A stretch of DNA of 64,000 nucleotides from a virus, in the IMG/VR virus record IMGVR_UViG_3300045988_103986, positions 56,029 to 120,028 of that record; one strand, given 5' to 3'. A model generated the notes under the pieces. That model ran no database searches. It had not been told where the DNA came from and was given only the letters and a program-made list of their open reading frames with translations. The first letter of the stretch is position 1; every line of letters starts with the position of its first letter. Both the position numbers and the translations under genes were made by a program. Of this stretch, positions 34,782 through 43,910 are shown one piece after another.

Positions 34782-35678
34782 TTACTGCGCGTCGCGCGCG
34801 TTCATTTCTTCAATGATGGAGACAAAATCACCCTTCGGATTCTTTGCAGTCTTACTCAGCTCGTTCAGCTGAACCACAATGTTACGAGTCACATAGGGGC
34901 TTCCGCTCTGGTATGCCTCGGCATATCGCTGTGCAACCATTTTCTTGTGGCCTTCGCAGAGGTTCGGGTAGATCTCCAGCATCTTATCGCCGAGCTCGAC
35001 CATCTTTGCAAACGCCTGTTTATCCAGCAACTCGCCATCCTTATAGTCAACGCCAAGGACTTCACGTTCCTCATCTGTCAGGCCGGACACGATAATGAGC
35101 CAGCGTTTCTTGAGGAAGTACCGGTTGAGCTCCGTGAGCACTCTGGACAGATCTTTCTTGGGAACATAGAAGCTTCCGGTTTTGCCAGTGACCTGACCAT
35201 ACAGGCCGCCTTCGCCAAAGAAAACCGTATTGTCTTCCGCGACTTCGGCCTGCCAGAGGAACTGCACCATTTCCGTATCACTCGATACCTGTACGATCTG
35301 TGGCACGACTGCGGGCTTCGCTTGGAAATCAGCAGCTGCTTTTGCAACCGCTTCCGCAATCATCTTCTGGACATCTGCCATCGTAAAGGTCGGTTCTGCT
35401 GCAATCGGAGCTTTCTTTGGAACTTCCACAGTCTCGCCTTTCAACGTGGGGTCCAGAGTAGTCAGCGGCGTTTCGCTGCCATCGTGTCCGATTCCGACCA
35501 CGTCTTCTGCGTTAACAGTCAGAACGTTATCTTCGCCAGATGCTGCTTTCTCCGCAGTGTTGGTCGTCTGACCCTCTTCCGGGACATCGAAAAAAGCGAC
35601 TTCTTCCTTGACTTCCTCTGCTACAGGTGTCTTCTTCGGTCTTCCGGGTTTCTTTCCAGTGTTCTTGCTTTCAGCCAT
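34782..35678 (-). CDS. Hypothetical protein with AT-hook-like N-terminus (GRPKK)
   Basis: ATG at 35678 with RBS AAGGAG. About 298 aa. Confidence 0.5.
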   Translation of the reverse strand: MAESKNTGKKPGRPKKTPVAEEVKEEVAFFDVPEEGQTTNTAEKAASGEDNVLTVNAEDVVGIGHDGSETPLTTLDPTLKGETVEVPKKAPIAAEPTFTMADVQKMIAEAVAKAAADFQAKPAVVPQIVQVSSDTEMVQFLWQAEVAEDNTVFFGEGGLYGQVTGKTGSFYVPKKDLSRVLTELNRYFLKKRWLIIVSGLTDEEREVLGVDYKDGELLDKQAFAKMVELGDKMLEIYPNLCEGHKKMVAQRYAEAYQSGSPYVTRNIVVQLNELSKTAKNPKGDFVSIIEEMNARDAQ

Positions 35679-35723
35679 ATCGCACACTCCTTCCAGATTT
35701 TATGGCTATTCCTCCACAAATGT

Positions 35724-35770
35724 TGGCTCCGAACGGACTCGAACCGTCTCTTACAGCACCATGCGGAGCC
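35724..35770 (-). ncRNA. tRNA-like minihelix (acceptor stem plus T-arm only) or an internally deleted tRNA remnant
   Basis: Minus strand reads GGCTCCG-CATGGTGCTGTAAGA-GACGG-TTCGAGT-CCGTT-CGGAGCC-A. This gives a 7-bp acceptor stem and a canonical T-loop TTCGAGT, with no D arm or anticodon arm. Confidence 0.5.
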
Positions 35771-35777
35771 ATATGGT

Positions 35778-35809
35778 GCGGGACGGGCTGGAGGTAAGAC
35801 CCGCCCCGC
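35778..35809 (-). promoter_or_regulatory. 10-bp GC-rich hairpin immediately after the major capsid gene, followed by ACCA
   Basis: Minus strand reads GCGGGGCGGG-tcttacctccag-CCCGTCCCGC then ACCA. No U tract follows. Confidence 0.5.
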
Positions 35810-35823
35810 AAAAGGAGGAACGC

Positions 35824-37047
35824 TTAAATCGTGAAGTGCGCAATTCGATTGCTGAAGATGGAAACCGAATCCAGCGCAATCGTGAGGTTGAGACCGATCT
35901 CGAAGTTAGCGGTACGCGTGGGATCAATCTCGAGGGTGATGGGCGTCGCGGAATTGTAAGCGATGGTCATCGGCTTTCTGCTGTTCGCGGCCATCATCCA
36001 AATGTCGTTTGCAGACAGGATGGTGGTGGGAGCAGTGTTGAGGTTGACCGGGCTGACAGCATCACGCAGCGGCATCAGGCGCACACCAAGGAACTCGCCC
36101 AGCATACCAGTGCTGTTGTAGCGTTCGCCGAGCAGCATAGCCAGCGCAGCGTCCATGTTGACGTTGGTGGAGCCGGTGGCCTGCGTCGGCAGGACCTTGC
36201 CAAGAGCGACCGCAGAGCCAGTGGCGAACAGGTTGGAAGTAACCGTGTTGTTGAGGGCAGCGATCTTGTTGGCAGCTGAGAGCCAGTTCTGGTTGGAGAA
36301 CGTGAAGTTCAGGTTGGCCGGAATCAGGGTGGTGTCTGCGGCAGCCGCAGTCAGAGCGGCATTCCACATGCCCATCGTCTTGGCGTACATACCGGCAACG
36401 ATGTTGGCAAAGAAGACGCCGAAGTCCTGATTGTTGCCCACCAGCTGGAACCACTTCGCAACGATCTGAGCGGTCTTGGGCTGCGGGTTGAGGGTGTAGT
36501 CCTTGGAGTAGAAGCGGTTGCTAGGAACGCTTCTGGACGCGCCCCAAGAGGAATCCTGGAACACGGGGATATCGTTGGAGCCAACGGAGATTGCGTAGGT
36601 CTCGCCGAAGCCGACCTCAACGACATCTGCGAAGCGATCAACAGCCTCGGAATAGACGGAAGCGATGATTGGGGTCACGATCTCCTGATAGATGCCCTGC
36701 AGGACGCGATAGAACGCAGAGTTGCCATAGAAACGCTGACCGTTGCGCTTGAAGTCATCAAAGTCAACGGGGGCAGCTTCGCCGGTCTGTGCGCAGCAGA
36801 TCTTGGCTGCATACATCAGGTGCTCGCGCTGGAACTTCTCGTTCAGTTCCTTGTAGCCCTTCGGAGTCAGCATGTGCTGAACACCGGCGGAGCTCAGGCC
36901 ATTGGCCGCCATGATAGCAGACTTGCCGTTGGCTGCGTGCTCATAGAAGAGGACTCTGCCCTTCGACACGATATCGGCGCGCTCATCGTTGGCCGCATTG
37001 ACCATAAAAACAGACGGAGAAACGCTGTTCAGATTGATTTTCGGCAT
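35824..37047 (-). CDS. Major capsid protein
   Basis: 407 aa. Position after the scaffold/protease genes. Composition is typical of HK97-fold capsid proteins. Followed by a stabilising hairpin. Confidence 0.75.
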   Translation of the reverse strand: MPKINLNSVSPSVFMVNAANDERADIVSKGRVLFYEHAANGKSAIMAANGLSSAGVQHMLTPKGYKELNEKFQREHLMYAAKICCAQTGEAAPVDFDDFKRNGQRFYGNSAFYRVLQGIYQEIVTPIIASVYSEAVDRFADVVEVGFGETYAISVGSNDIPVFQDSSWGASRSVPSNRFYSKDYTLNPQPKTAQIVAKWFQLVGNNQDFGVFFANIVAGMYAKTMGMWNAALTAAAADTTLIPANLNFTFSNQNWLSAANKIAALNNTVTSNLFATGSAVALGKVLPTQATGSTNVNMDAALAMLLGERYNSTGMLGEFLGVRLMPLRDAVSPVNLNTAPTTILSANDIWMMAANSRKPMTIAYNSATPITLEIDPTRTANFEIGLNLTIALDSVSIFSNRIAHFTI

Positions 37048-37064
37048 GTTAATTCACTCCTTCC

Positions 37065-37646
37065 TTATGCGTAGACCTTGCAAGCCTGCACGTCGACATA
37101 CTCGAAGCTGGCAGTCGTACCTTCGGTGAACTTTCCGGTGTCGAGCAGTTTGAAGTACAGCGCGCCATTTGCAGTCGGAGCGGCTGCGGCGGGCTTCAGC
37201 TTGCCTGCATCGATGGTGAAGAACGTGTTGGTGCTGATTTCAGCGTTGACGTTGCCAATGCCGAAGCGGTACGCATGGTCGCCGTCGAAGACGATCTTGG
37301 TGAACGTGCCGTCGCGGCCAGCGGGAATGCCAAGGCCAAGAGTCTCGGTGCCGACAGCGTACATGTTGCCGTGCTTACCCTGAAGCATCTGAACTTCGTA
37401 GGTGTTCGCGGCATAGACGACCTCACCAGCATTGGTGGTGGAAGTCGCGTCATTCATGTACCACGCGTTCTCGTTCTTGACACCGGTGAATCCTTCACAC
37501 GGAAGCTGACCGTTGCGAATGACCAGACGGCCGGCATCGCAGTCCGCATCAGCGCTGGAAGCCTGGTATCTACCGGTGACATTGATGAGGTCATCGCGGA
37601 AGTTGTTGGTCACGCGAGCCTCGAATGCAGTTTTTTCAGTAAACAT
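37065..37646 (-). CDS. Head-associated protein (decoration or scaffold candidate, 193 aa)
   Basis: ORF directly upstream of the capsid gene. Confidence 0.45.
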   Translation of the reverse strand: MFTEKTAFEARVTNNFRDDLINVTGRYQASSADADCDAGRLVIRNGQLPCEGFTGVKNENAWYMNDATSTTNAGEVVYAANTYEVQMLQGKHGNMYAVGTETLGLGIPAGRDGTFTKIVFDGDHAYRFGIGNVNAEISTNTFFTIDAGKLKPAAAAPTANGALYFKLLDTGKFTEGTTASFEYVDVQACKVYA

Positions 37647-37663
37647 TTCGTTTCACTCCTCTC

Positions 37664-39076
37664 TCACTTTTCAGTGGCAGCTTCGACGCCCCACTTGGCG
37701 ATCAGACCAGCCATCGTACCGTCATCCGCTGCGCCGCTGTTCTGATTGAACTTGTCCCATGCGTAGACCGTCTTGTTCCGGTTTGCATTCGCAGCATCCA
37801 GTCTTTCAACCGCTTCGCCGCAGACGGCGTAAACAGCCTTGGCGACTTCTGCTTCGCCAATCCAGTTCCGGTCCTTGTCGCACTTGTTGGTGTAAAGGCC
37901 GGCTTCGATATCAGTCAGGATGGGTGCGATCTCACTCTCAGCGACCTTCTGCTCACGGTTCGCATTGAACTTCGCAAGAGTTGCCTTCGCCTTGTCCTTG
38001 GCCGCATTCAGACGACGCTTGTCCTCGAACTCCTGCATGGCATTAAGCTGTGCCTTGGCCTCGTCAAGTTCTCTGCTCAGAGAAGTGACCTTCTCTTCAG
38101 CGGCGTTCAGGCGAGTGGTGTTTTCCATGCCGACCAGCTCCATGAAGTCCTGAGTTTCCATGGTGATGCAGTCCTCGCCCATCTGCATGGCGGTGTTGAC
38201 AGACATGTTCTGGTAACGTTCGGGGACGATGGTCTCGGCCGCGTTCTCGATGACGTAATACTTGTAAGCGCCGTCTTTCGCCATCAGGCAGACAAAGACC
38301 TTACCGTCCTTCTCGCCTGCGGCCAGAACCTTATAATCCGTGAAACGCGCTGCCAGTTCCGCAAGCTGTCTCTTGTTATAAGTTTTCAAGTCTTTCACTC
38401 CTTCGTGTGATAAGCTCCCGTTATTCGGGGCGTTGTTTGTATCCGGGGCCTTCTGCAAAGATGCCGCTTTGAGCTTCAAAGTCTTAAATTCTTCGTCCAA
38501 TGCGGCAAGTCGAGCGATGTTGGCCCCCGGAACAGCCGGAGCAACGCCCGCACCGAGGATCGTGACCCCCACTCCCGACCAGACATCCTCAACTTCGATG
38601 TCTCCGTCCATGTGGTTTTCGTCTATCAAGGTCTCCACAGACACATCCATGCGCCCTGTTCGCACGATTTCATCCACGGTTTCCTTCGCATAGAAAGCGA
38701 AGAGCTTTCCACGCGCCACGATCCAAGTCTGACCATCCCTCTTCTGGAGGGAGAAATCACGTTCATCGTCTGACAGCGTGCCGACAATGCGTTCCGCCGT
38801 TCCGTCTGTGTAGGAGTAATACTGTTCGCCCGTTCTGGGATCTGTCTTGAGCTGGCTGTTATGGCCGTCACCGATTTTTCCCATGACGTAGGCGATCAAG
38901 ATTGGTCTCCCTACGAACGTCTTGTAGTATTTTTCTAGGTTCTGGTAATTCCATTTGTTCCGGTTGACGCCTTCGCGCATCAGCCACAGCTCAACTCCGA
39001 ACTCGTAGGGGTTCAGCTTTTGGAGAACCTTGAGCTGGCCGGTCGCCACCGTTTTCTGGTTCTTTGTCAGCGGCAT
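37664..39076 (-). CDS. Putative prohead protease/scaffolding fusion protein (470 aa)
   Basis: N-terminal globular ~200 aa, then a long coiled-coil C-terminal half (..EEKVTSLSRELDEAKAQLNAMQEFEDKRRLNAAKDKAKATLAKF..). Lies between the portal and capsid genes. Confidence 0.5.
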   Translation of the reverse strand: MPLTKNQKTVATGQLKVLQKLNPYEFGVELWLMREGVNRNKWNYQNLEKYYKTFVGRPILIAYVMGKIGDGHNSQLKTDPRTGEQYYSYTDGTAERIVGTLSDDERDFSLQKRDGQTWIVARGKLFAFYAKETVDEIVRTGRMDVSVETLIDENHMDGDIEVEDVWSGVGVTILGAGVAPAVPGANIARLAALDEEFKTLKLKAASLQKAPDTNNAPNNGSLSHEGVKDLKTYNKRQLAELAARFTDYKVLAAGEKDGKVFVCLMAKDGAYKYYVIENAAETIVPERYQNMSVNTAMQMGEDCITMETQDFMELVGMENTTRLNAAEEKVTSLSRELDEAKAQLNAMQEFEDKRRLNAAKDKAKATLAKFNANREQKVAESEIAPILTDIEAGLYTNKCDKDRNWIGEAEVAKAVYAVCGEAVERLDAANANRNKTVYAWDKFNQNSGAADDGTMAGLIAKWGVEAATEK

Positions 39077-39078
39077 TG

Positions 39079-39612
39079 TCAGTCACCGTCCTCTTCAAAG
39101 AGCTCGTCGATCCAGCCGTCAAAGCTGGTCGCGCTCATCTCGTGTTCGGAGTACATTTGCCACGCATACAGGAACTTCTCGTAGCTGGCACTGTTCTCCA
39201 TCTGGAGGTTTTCGAAGCCCCGTCCGAGCGGATAAAGCCCATTTTCATCGCAGACCTCCACGCATTTGCGCAGGGCATCTTCGATTTTCTGAAGCATGTC
39301 GATGATGGACCCAAACACACCATCCAGATCGTCCGGCCGGCCATCGTACTCGGCAGTCGCCGGATAGACTTGCAGGATATGCCGTTGATGCAGCAGGTCC
39401 CCGACAACATCGAAGCGTTGCGGCTGCAGGTGGGCCAGTTTGTGAATGGCATCTGCTGTATTCGGCATTCCAAACTCGATCAGCACCCATTCCTTCAGCG
39501 TGTCGAGTCCGCGCGCCGCATCCTGATACGCGCCGGTCACGTCCTTTGCGGCATCTCTCACGGCAGCGAGAGCACCGTTTTCAAAATCAAACCGTTCTTT
39601 CAGTCGAGCCAT
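39079..39612 (-). CDS. Hypothetical protein (177 aa)
   Basis: RBS AAAGGAGAG before the ATG at 39612. First gene after the internal terminator element. Confidence 0.5.
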   Translation of the reverse strand: MARLKERFDFENGALAAVRDAAKDVTGAYQDAARGLDTLKEWVLIEFGMPNTADAIHKLAHLQPQRFDVVGDLLHQRHILQVYPATAEYDGRPDDLDGVFGSIIDMLQKIEDALRKCVEVCDENGLYPLGRGFENLQMENSASYEKFLYAWQMYSEHEMSATSFDGWIDELFEEDGD

Positions 39613-39639
39613 TTCAGATCTCTCCTTTCCGTGAAAATG

Positions 39640-39710
39640 AAAAAAGAGCTAACGGCACATTCCTGTGTCGTTAGCTCCACTAGCTCTTCCACACCGCTGC
39701 TCCGGTGTGG
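39640..39710 (-). terminator. Structured intergenic element: GC hairpin, then the 18-nt motif GGAAGAGCTAGTGGAGCT, then an intrinsic terminator
   Basis: Stem gagctaacggcac (39646-39658) pairs with gtgtcgttagctc (39665-39677), followed by U6 on the minus strand (39640-39645). Motif at 39673-39690. Upstream hairpin ccacaccg..cggtgtgg at 39689-39710. Confidence 0.6.
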
Positions 39711-39754
39711 GATTCTCTATTAACCCAGCCTTGCCTACCTAAACACCTCGCGCA

Positions 39755-39934
39755 TCAGCGCAAGCCTTCGGCTTGGATGGGAGAGTCTTTTACAAGGTCC
39801 CGCTTTGCAAGGACTTTTACCGTATCTTCTACGATGCGGTAGCCGTCCTTTGTGCGTTGTATCCTTATATCTCTGTTATTATTAAGCGCCATATTGATAA
39901 TGTGGAGGTCTTCTTTTCGTACAAATTCAATCAT
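39755..39934 (-). CDS. Small hypothetical protein (59 aa)
   Basis: ATG at 39934 with RBS GGAGGG 4 nt upstream. Overlaps the portal stop codon. Confidence 0.45.
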   Translation of the reverse strand: MIEFVRKEDLHIINMALNNNRDIRIQRTKDGYRIVEDTVKVLAKRDLVKDSPIQAEGLR

Positions 39935-41678
39935 TTGTCCCTCCGTATTGGTCAATCATGGTTTCGCTGCCGTCAGTCGTTGCACTTCCGTCACCTTTTG
40001 GACGCCCTGGGCTCTGCGGTGGTAATCCAGAAGATTCTTGCTTCATGTTGTATGTCGATACGAGCGGAATACGCTTATCCAGAATCCCACTGTTATAGAC
40101 CGCATCAGACAAGCACATATCGTCCAGAATGGAGCGGTCAAGCAGCGCATTGTAGATGATGGTGTCCGGCAGGATGCCATGTTCCATTCCCTTCATGCAC
40201 CGATCAAGCATCTTCTCGTCTTCCGAAATGTCTCCGAACATGACGAACTTCCACTCGTACCGAGGATTGAGCTTTTTGATGATTGCATTCATCATCCGCT
40301 CATAGCCACGATAGACTGTCTGCATGAACTTGCTTTCGATTTGAAGCGAGATCTGAGCAGTTCCAGCTTTCGGGTCATCTCCAAGCGGGATAATCGCGCC
40401 CATGCCGGCCTGACTCATGGTGTCACTGTAGCCCTGCTTCACAATGTCCATTGCGGACGGGGCTTCGGACAGACTTTCCAATTTCATGTTCTGCGCAGGA
40501 GCAAAGTAAATTCCCAAGCCCGATGTGTTGTTGGCCTGTAGCATATCGTACCAAATAGCCTCGAAGAACAGCCTTCCGGCGTTACTAAGTCTATATTGGT
40601 CTTCACCAGCAGCAGTTTTTTCATCCCGATACGGAATCTCACCATGCAGAAGACTCACCAATGGGTTCTGAATCAACTCCAACTGAATCTGTTCCATCTG
40701 CGCGAGCTGGATCATATTGAGGAACAGCCCCGCAAACGGAGAAATCGCTGTGCGGCTCACATCGTCGGCCTCGAAAGTGAATACTTCGTCCACCGGCAGG
40801 TACACCCAGTAATACCAGCGACCATTCTGATAATAGACATCCGGCTTCCCCGGCATGTCGCCCTGCGCTTGGATGAGCTGGAACTTCTGCATGTCAATGC
40901 GCGTCTTCTGCGCAAAGACCATCGTCGAGCCAACGCCCTTCGGCCGCTGCACAACGCTGCTGAAGTCATACAGGTACGGAGTAAACAGGTCTCCGAACTG
41001 CTCCGGGACGCATCCCGGCTGCAGGAAGTACATCATATTGAAAGCTACGGTGTACTTCGAAACGCTGTTGTAGCCCGTGATTTTCGTCCAATCGCTTGGA
41101 AGCTGCTGCATAAAGGCGTAGTTGACCTTGTTGTGGCTCTTATCTACACTATAGCGAGGATAGTAGAAGACTTTCCCTTCCACTCCGACCTGACCTACGA
41201 TTTGATGGGCCGTTTCCTTCGGTTTAAACTCTTCGCGCAGCTTTTCAAGCAGTTTCCACTCGCGTGTGAACTCGTCCTTCTTGGTATCGGCTGAGTCCAC
41301 CATTTTCGGCATCACATAGCTGTGATACGTCAACATGTCCTGATAGACTTTGCGGATATGGAAAAGCGGGTATGCCGTGTACTCCAGAATGTGCGCCACC
41401 TGACGGAGCGGCTGTTCGCTCTCATACGGCTTGGTGAGCATTTCGCCGACTTTATCCTTGGTAAAATTGACTGGAAGCGAAGAAATCTGCTTCACCCGGC
41501 GGTTCTGAATGTAAGGGTTCGCCATTCCGTAGCGACCAGAGTTTATGCCGGAGAACGCTGACGTAATGGCAGACATCGGCATTCCCTGGTTATCTGCCGC
41601 GAGCTGACGGAACCGATTGAAAATATCGGGGAAAGACTCATATTGAAGTTTACTGAGCTCGCTCGTCTCTATCGCCAT
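39927..41678 (-). CDS. Portal protein
   Basis: 583 aa. Immediately downstream of terL and a small ORF. Size and position are typical of a portal. Confidence 0.7.
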   Translation of the reverse strand: MAIETSELSKLQYESFPDIFNRFRQLAADNQGMPMSAITSAFSGINSGRYGMANPYIQNRRVKQISSLPVNFTKDKVGEMLTKPYESEQPLRQVAHILEYTAYPLFHIRKVYQDMLTYHSYVMPKMVDSADTKKDEFTREWKLLEKLREEFKPKETAHQIVGQVGVEGKVFYYPRYSVDKSHNKVNYAFMQQLPSDWTKITGYNSVSKYTVAFNMMYFLQPGCVPEQFGDLFTPYLYDFSSVVQRPKGVGSTMVFAQKTRIDMQKFQLIQAQGDMPGKPDVYYQNGRWYYWVYLPVDEVFTFEADDVSRTAISPFAGLFLNMIQLAQMEQIQLELIQNPLVSLLHGEIPYRDEKTAAGEDQYRLSNAGRLFFEAIWYDMLQANNTSGLGIYFAPAQNMKLESLSEAPSAMDIVKQGYSDTMSQAGMGAIIPLGDDPKAGTAQISLQIESKFMQTVYRGYERMMNAIIKKLNPRYEWKFVMFGDISEDEKMLDRCMKGMEHGILPDTIIYNALLDRSILDDMCLSDAVYNSGILDKRIPLVSTYNMKQESSGLPPQSPGRPKGDGSATTDGSETMIDQYGGTND

Positions 41679-42030
41679 GGTCTTCCTCTCCCTTCTTGTT
41701 CTCACCGGCCAGTTTCTTGCGCTCTACTTCCAGAGCTGCAGCGAACTGGTCAACCATCCGGCTCAGGTTCGCCATTGCCTCCGGCTTCTCCTTTTCCAGC
41801 CGTTCCCGCAGGAGTGTCGCCGCGCAGCTCATGATCCAGTCCACATCGGCCGTGCTGAGGCGCTTCAGGTTCTCTCCGTTTATAGCAAGGCTTTCTTTTG
41901 GTTGTTCCCCTGCCGTATAAATCAGGATATAGCCAGGAGCAATCCGGCTGAATCGCTCCATCATGGCCGTTTCCACGGATTCCTGCGTAACGCGCAAGGC
42001 GTACAGGCTGTAGACTTTTTCTTCTGCCAT
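41650..42030 (-). CDS. Hypothetical protein (126 aa) between terL and the portal gene
   Basis: ATG at 42030 overlaps the terL stop (TGATG). Confidence 0.4.
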   Translation of the reverse strand: MAEEKVYSLYALRVTQESVETAMMERFSRIAPGYILIYTAGEQPKESLAINGENLKRLSTADVDWIMSCAATLLRERLEKEKPEAMANLSRMVDQFAAALEVERKKLAGENKKGEEDHGDRDERAQ

Positions 42031-43736
42031 CAGAATATCCTTCCTCCGCGTCTCTGCGTCACAAGCCGGCCGCCGCTGCCCTGTCGTCCTCCAACGTTCC
42101 GAACCGTGTTTTTGTCTTTGTATCTTGACAGTACGGCGTCCCAATCGCTTTTCTTCTTGACCTCGCTCAAGGCGAGTTCACGTTCAAGCTTCTGAGCCAG
42201 CCGCAGGCCGTATTTTATAGCTGACCAGCTGTCTCTCTGTATTGCGCGGGAAATACGCTTCTCGCTGAATCCAGCGCCCGACGGAACCGCCTTCAGGTTC
42301 TGAATCTGTCCAGAAAGTTCTCGGGTCTTCTGATACGGCCGTGCGATCTGATAATCCAAATCATCGTCCTTGATCTTATGAAGCCGTTTGTAGGCTTCCA
42401 CGCCTTCGCGGGTGTTCATCGTCAAGAGCTGCACATTGTGGTTATCAAACTGCGTCTGTGCATACCGGATCATCTCAACATCTGGATCTGTGACGCCGCT
42501 TCCGCCGGCTTTGATGGGGTAAATGATAGGCAACGCGCCATCAAGCTCCAACGCCGTATATTCGGTATGGTCCAAAATGCACAGTGGTGGTAATCCATCG
42601 CCGAGGTCTTTCATCAGGTCCTCGATGACCGCCTTGCCATACTGCCATCCGTCGATTGCGATATAGGTGGTGTTCCCACCATCAAAGCAGAACCGATACC
42701 ACACATCTTTCAGTTTTCGAGCCTGTTTCATGGCATTATCGGGTGGCGGCCAATCGTCCAGCCACACAAGCTGTTTCAGGTATCTGTCCCGCTTCAAGAA
42801 ATCATCCTGCTTTGTGAGTTTCCAGACGCCGACGGCGCATTTGGCGTTCTTCTTCGCGTCTTCGTAGGAAACGTCGTAACAGACGACGTATATTACATCC
42901 TTCGGGTCTGTCTTGCATCCGGGGTACTTGCAGCAGTGCTGCCGCTCCATAGACTGCAGGCAGCAGCTCTCAGAAAGGCTTTCGTCCGAGATAATGGGAT
43001 ATTCGTCCGCGCCGGTATATCGACTCTCCATCTCACGCATCCAGCGCTCCGGGGTCAGTTTCGATCTCAGTTTCTGCGCCCAGGAGTACGGACGCATCTG
43101 CTGCAGGATGACGCATTGATACGGGACGTCCATTTGGAAACTGCTGTCCCCATTTTGCATTCCCTTGCGAACTTCGCAGCGAACCAGAAATGCGTGATTC
43201 TGCTTCCTTCCCGCGCTGGTAATCGAATGGTTCTTATATGCGACGAAGTTCTCGTCTTTCTCACCGTTTACATTGTGCGCCAATCGGACGGCAGGAAGTG
43301 CGACTGTCGTGTATTCGTTGAAGTCAAACGCTGGCGGTTCTTCCTGTGCAAACTCTTCCGCGATAACCGCATGAAGGTTATCGCCACGTTTGGCCCCTAT
43401 GTAGAAGAACGACCCATAATCTGTTGTGATTCTGAAATCGTCCTTGCTTTCCGCTGCAATGCGCCAGTGTTTTGTAATGCACGGATAGCTTTTCGCTATG
43501 TCGGCATGTGTTTTGCTCCCAATGTCTGCCAGCTGGTTAAGTGCTGGACCAGTATAGAGCACGCGCGTGCCAGGCCATACGACACCGTTGATTTCCTCGC
43601 CAAGCATCTCCGAGTAGGTTTTGCTAAGTCCGCGAGTTCCCGTGATTGCTACATCCTGATATCGAGCATTTGCACGCATCATGACGCGCTGCACAATTTC
43701 GAGCGTCTTGTAGTCTGCATCATCGGCACGAAGCAC
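42030..43736 (-). CDS. terL: Terminase large subunit (annotated from the first canonical start after an in-frame TAA)
   Basis: Walker A-like 'ITGTRGLSKT'. 568 aa. Position upstream of the portal gene. The GTG start at 43736 has no RBS; see the 5' extension feature. Confidence 0.85.
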   Translation of the reverse strand: MLRADDADYKTLEIVQRVMMRANARYQDVAITGTRGLSKTYSEMLGEEINGVVWPGTRVLYTGPALNQLADIGSKTHADIAKSYPCITKHWRIAAESKDDFRITTDYGSFFYIGAKRGDNLHAVIAEEFAQEEPPAFDFNEYTTVALPAVRLAHNVNGEKDENFVAYKNHSITSAGRKQNHAFLVRCEVRKGMQNGDSSFQMDVPYQCVILQQMRPYSWAQKLRSKLTPERWMREMESRYTGADEYPIISDESLSESCCLQSMERQHCCKYPGCKTDPKDVIYVVCYDVSYEDAKKNAKCAVGVWKLTKQDDFLKRDRYLKQLVWLDDWPPPDNAMKQARKLKDVWYRFCFDGGNTTYIAIDGWQYGKAVIEDLMKDLGDGLPPLCILDHTEYTALELDGALPIIYPIKAGGSGVTDPDVEMIRYAQTQFDNHNVQLLTMNTREGVEAYKRLHKIKDDDLDYQIARPYQKTRELSGQIQNLKAVPSGAGFSEKRISRAIQRDSWSAIKYGLRLAQKLERELALSEVKKKSDWDAVLSRYKDKNTVRNVGGRQGSGGRLVTQRRGGRIF

Positions 43737-43901
43737 ATCTGCAAGTATATCTGGAAAGAATCTTCCGACCCAAATCAGAAGACACCAAAAATCATTTTCA
43801 AAGTTACTGTAATCGCGTTGTTCAACCTCGCGTTTACTTATCCATCCAACACCTTATGATTGTAGGCCCGGCGCCCACGCCTTACCGTAACGTCTCGCCA
43901 T
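43737..43901 (-). other. In-frame 5' extension of terL containing a single TAA (43854-43856)
   Basis: ATG at 43901 with RBS GAGGGG. It reads MARRYGKAWAPGLQS-TAA-GVGWISKREVEQRDYSNFENDFWCLLIWVGRFFPDILAD, in frame with terL. Confidence 0.55.
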
Positions 43902-43910
43902 AAACCAACA

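Noticed and set aside
35724-35770. Calling the element after the capsid gene a genuine tRNA gene.
   Set aside because: Only about 47 nt lie between the acceptor strands and there are no D or anticodon arms. It is reported as a tRNA-like minihelix or remnant instead.
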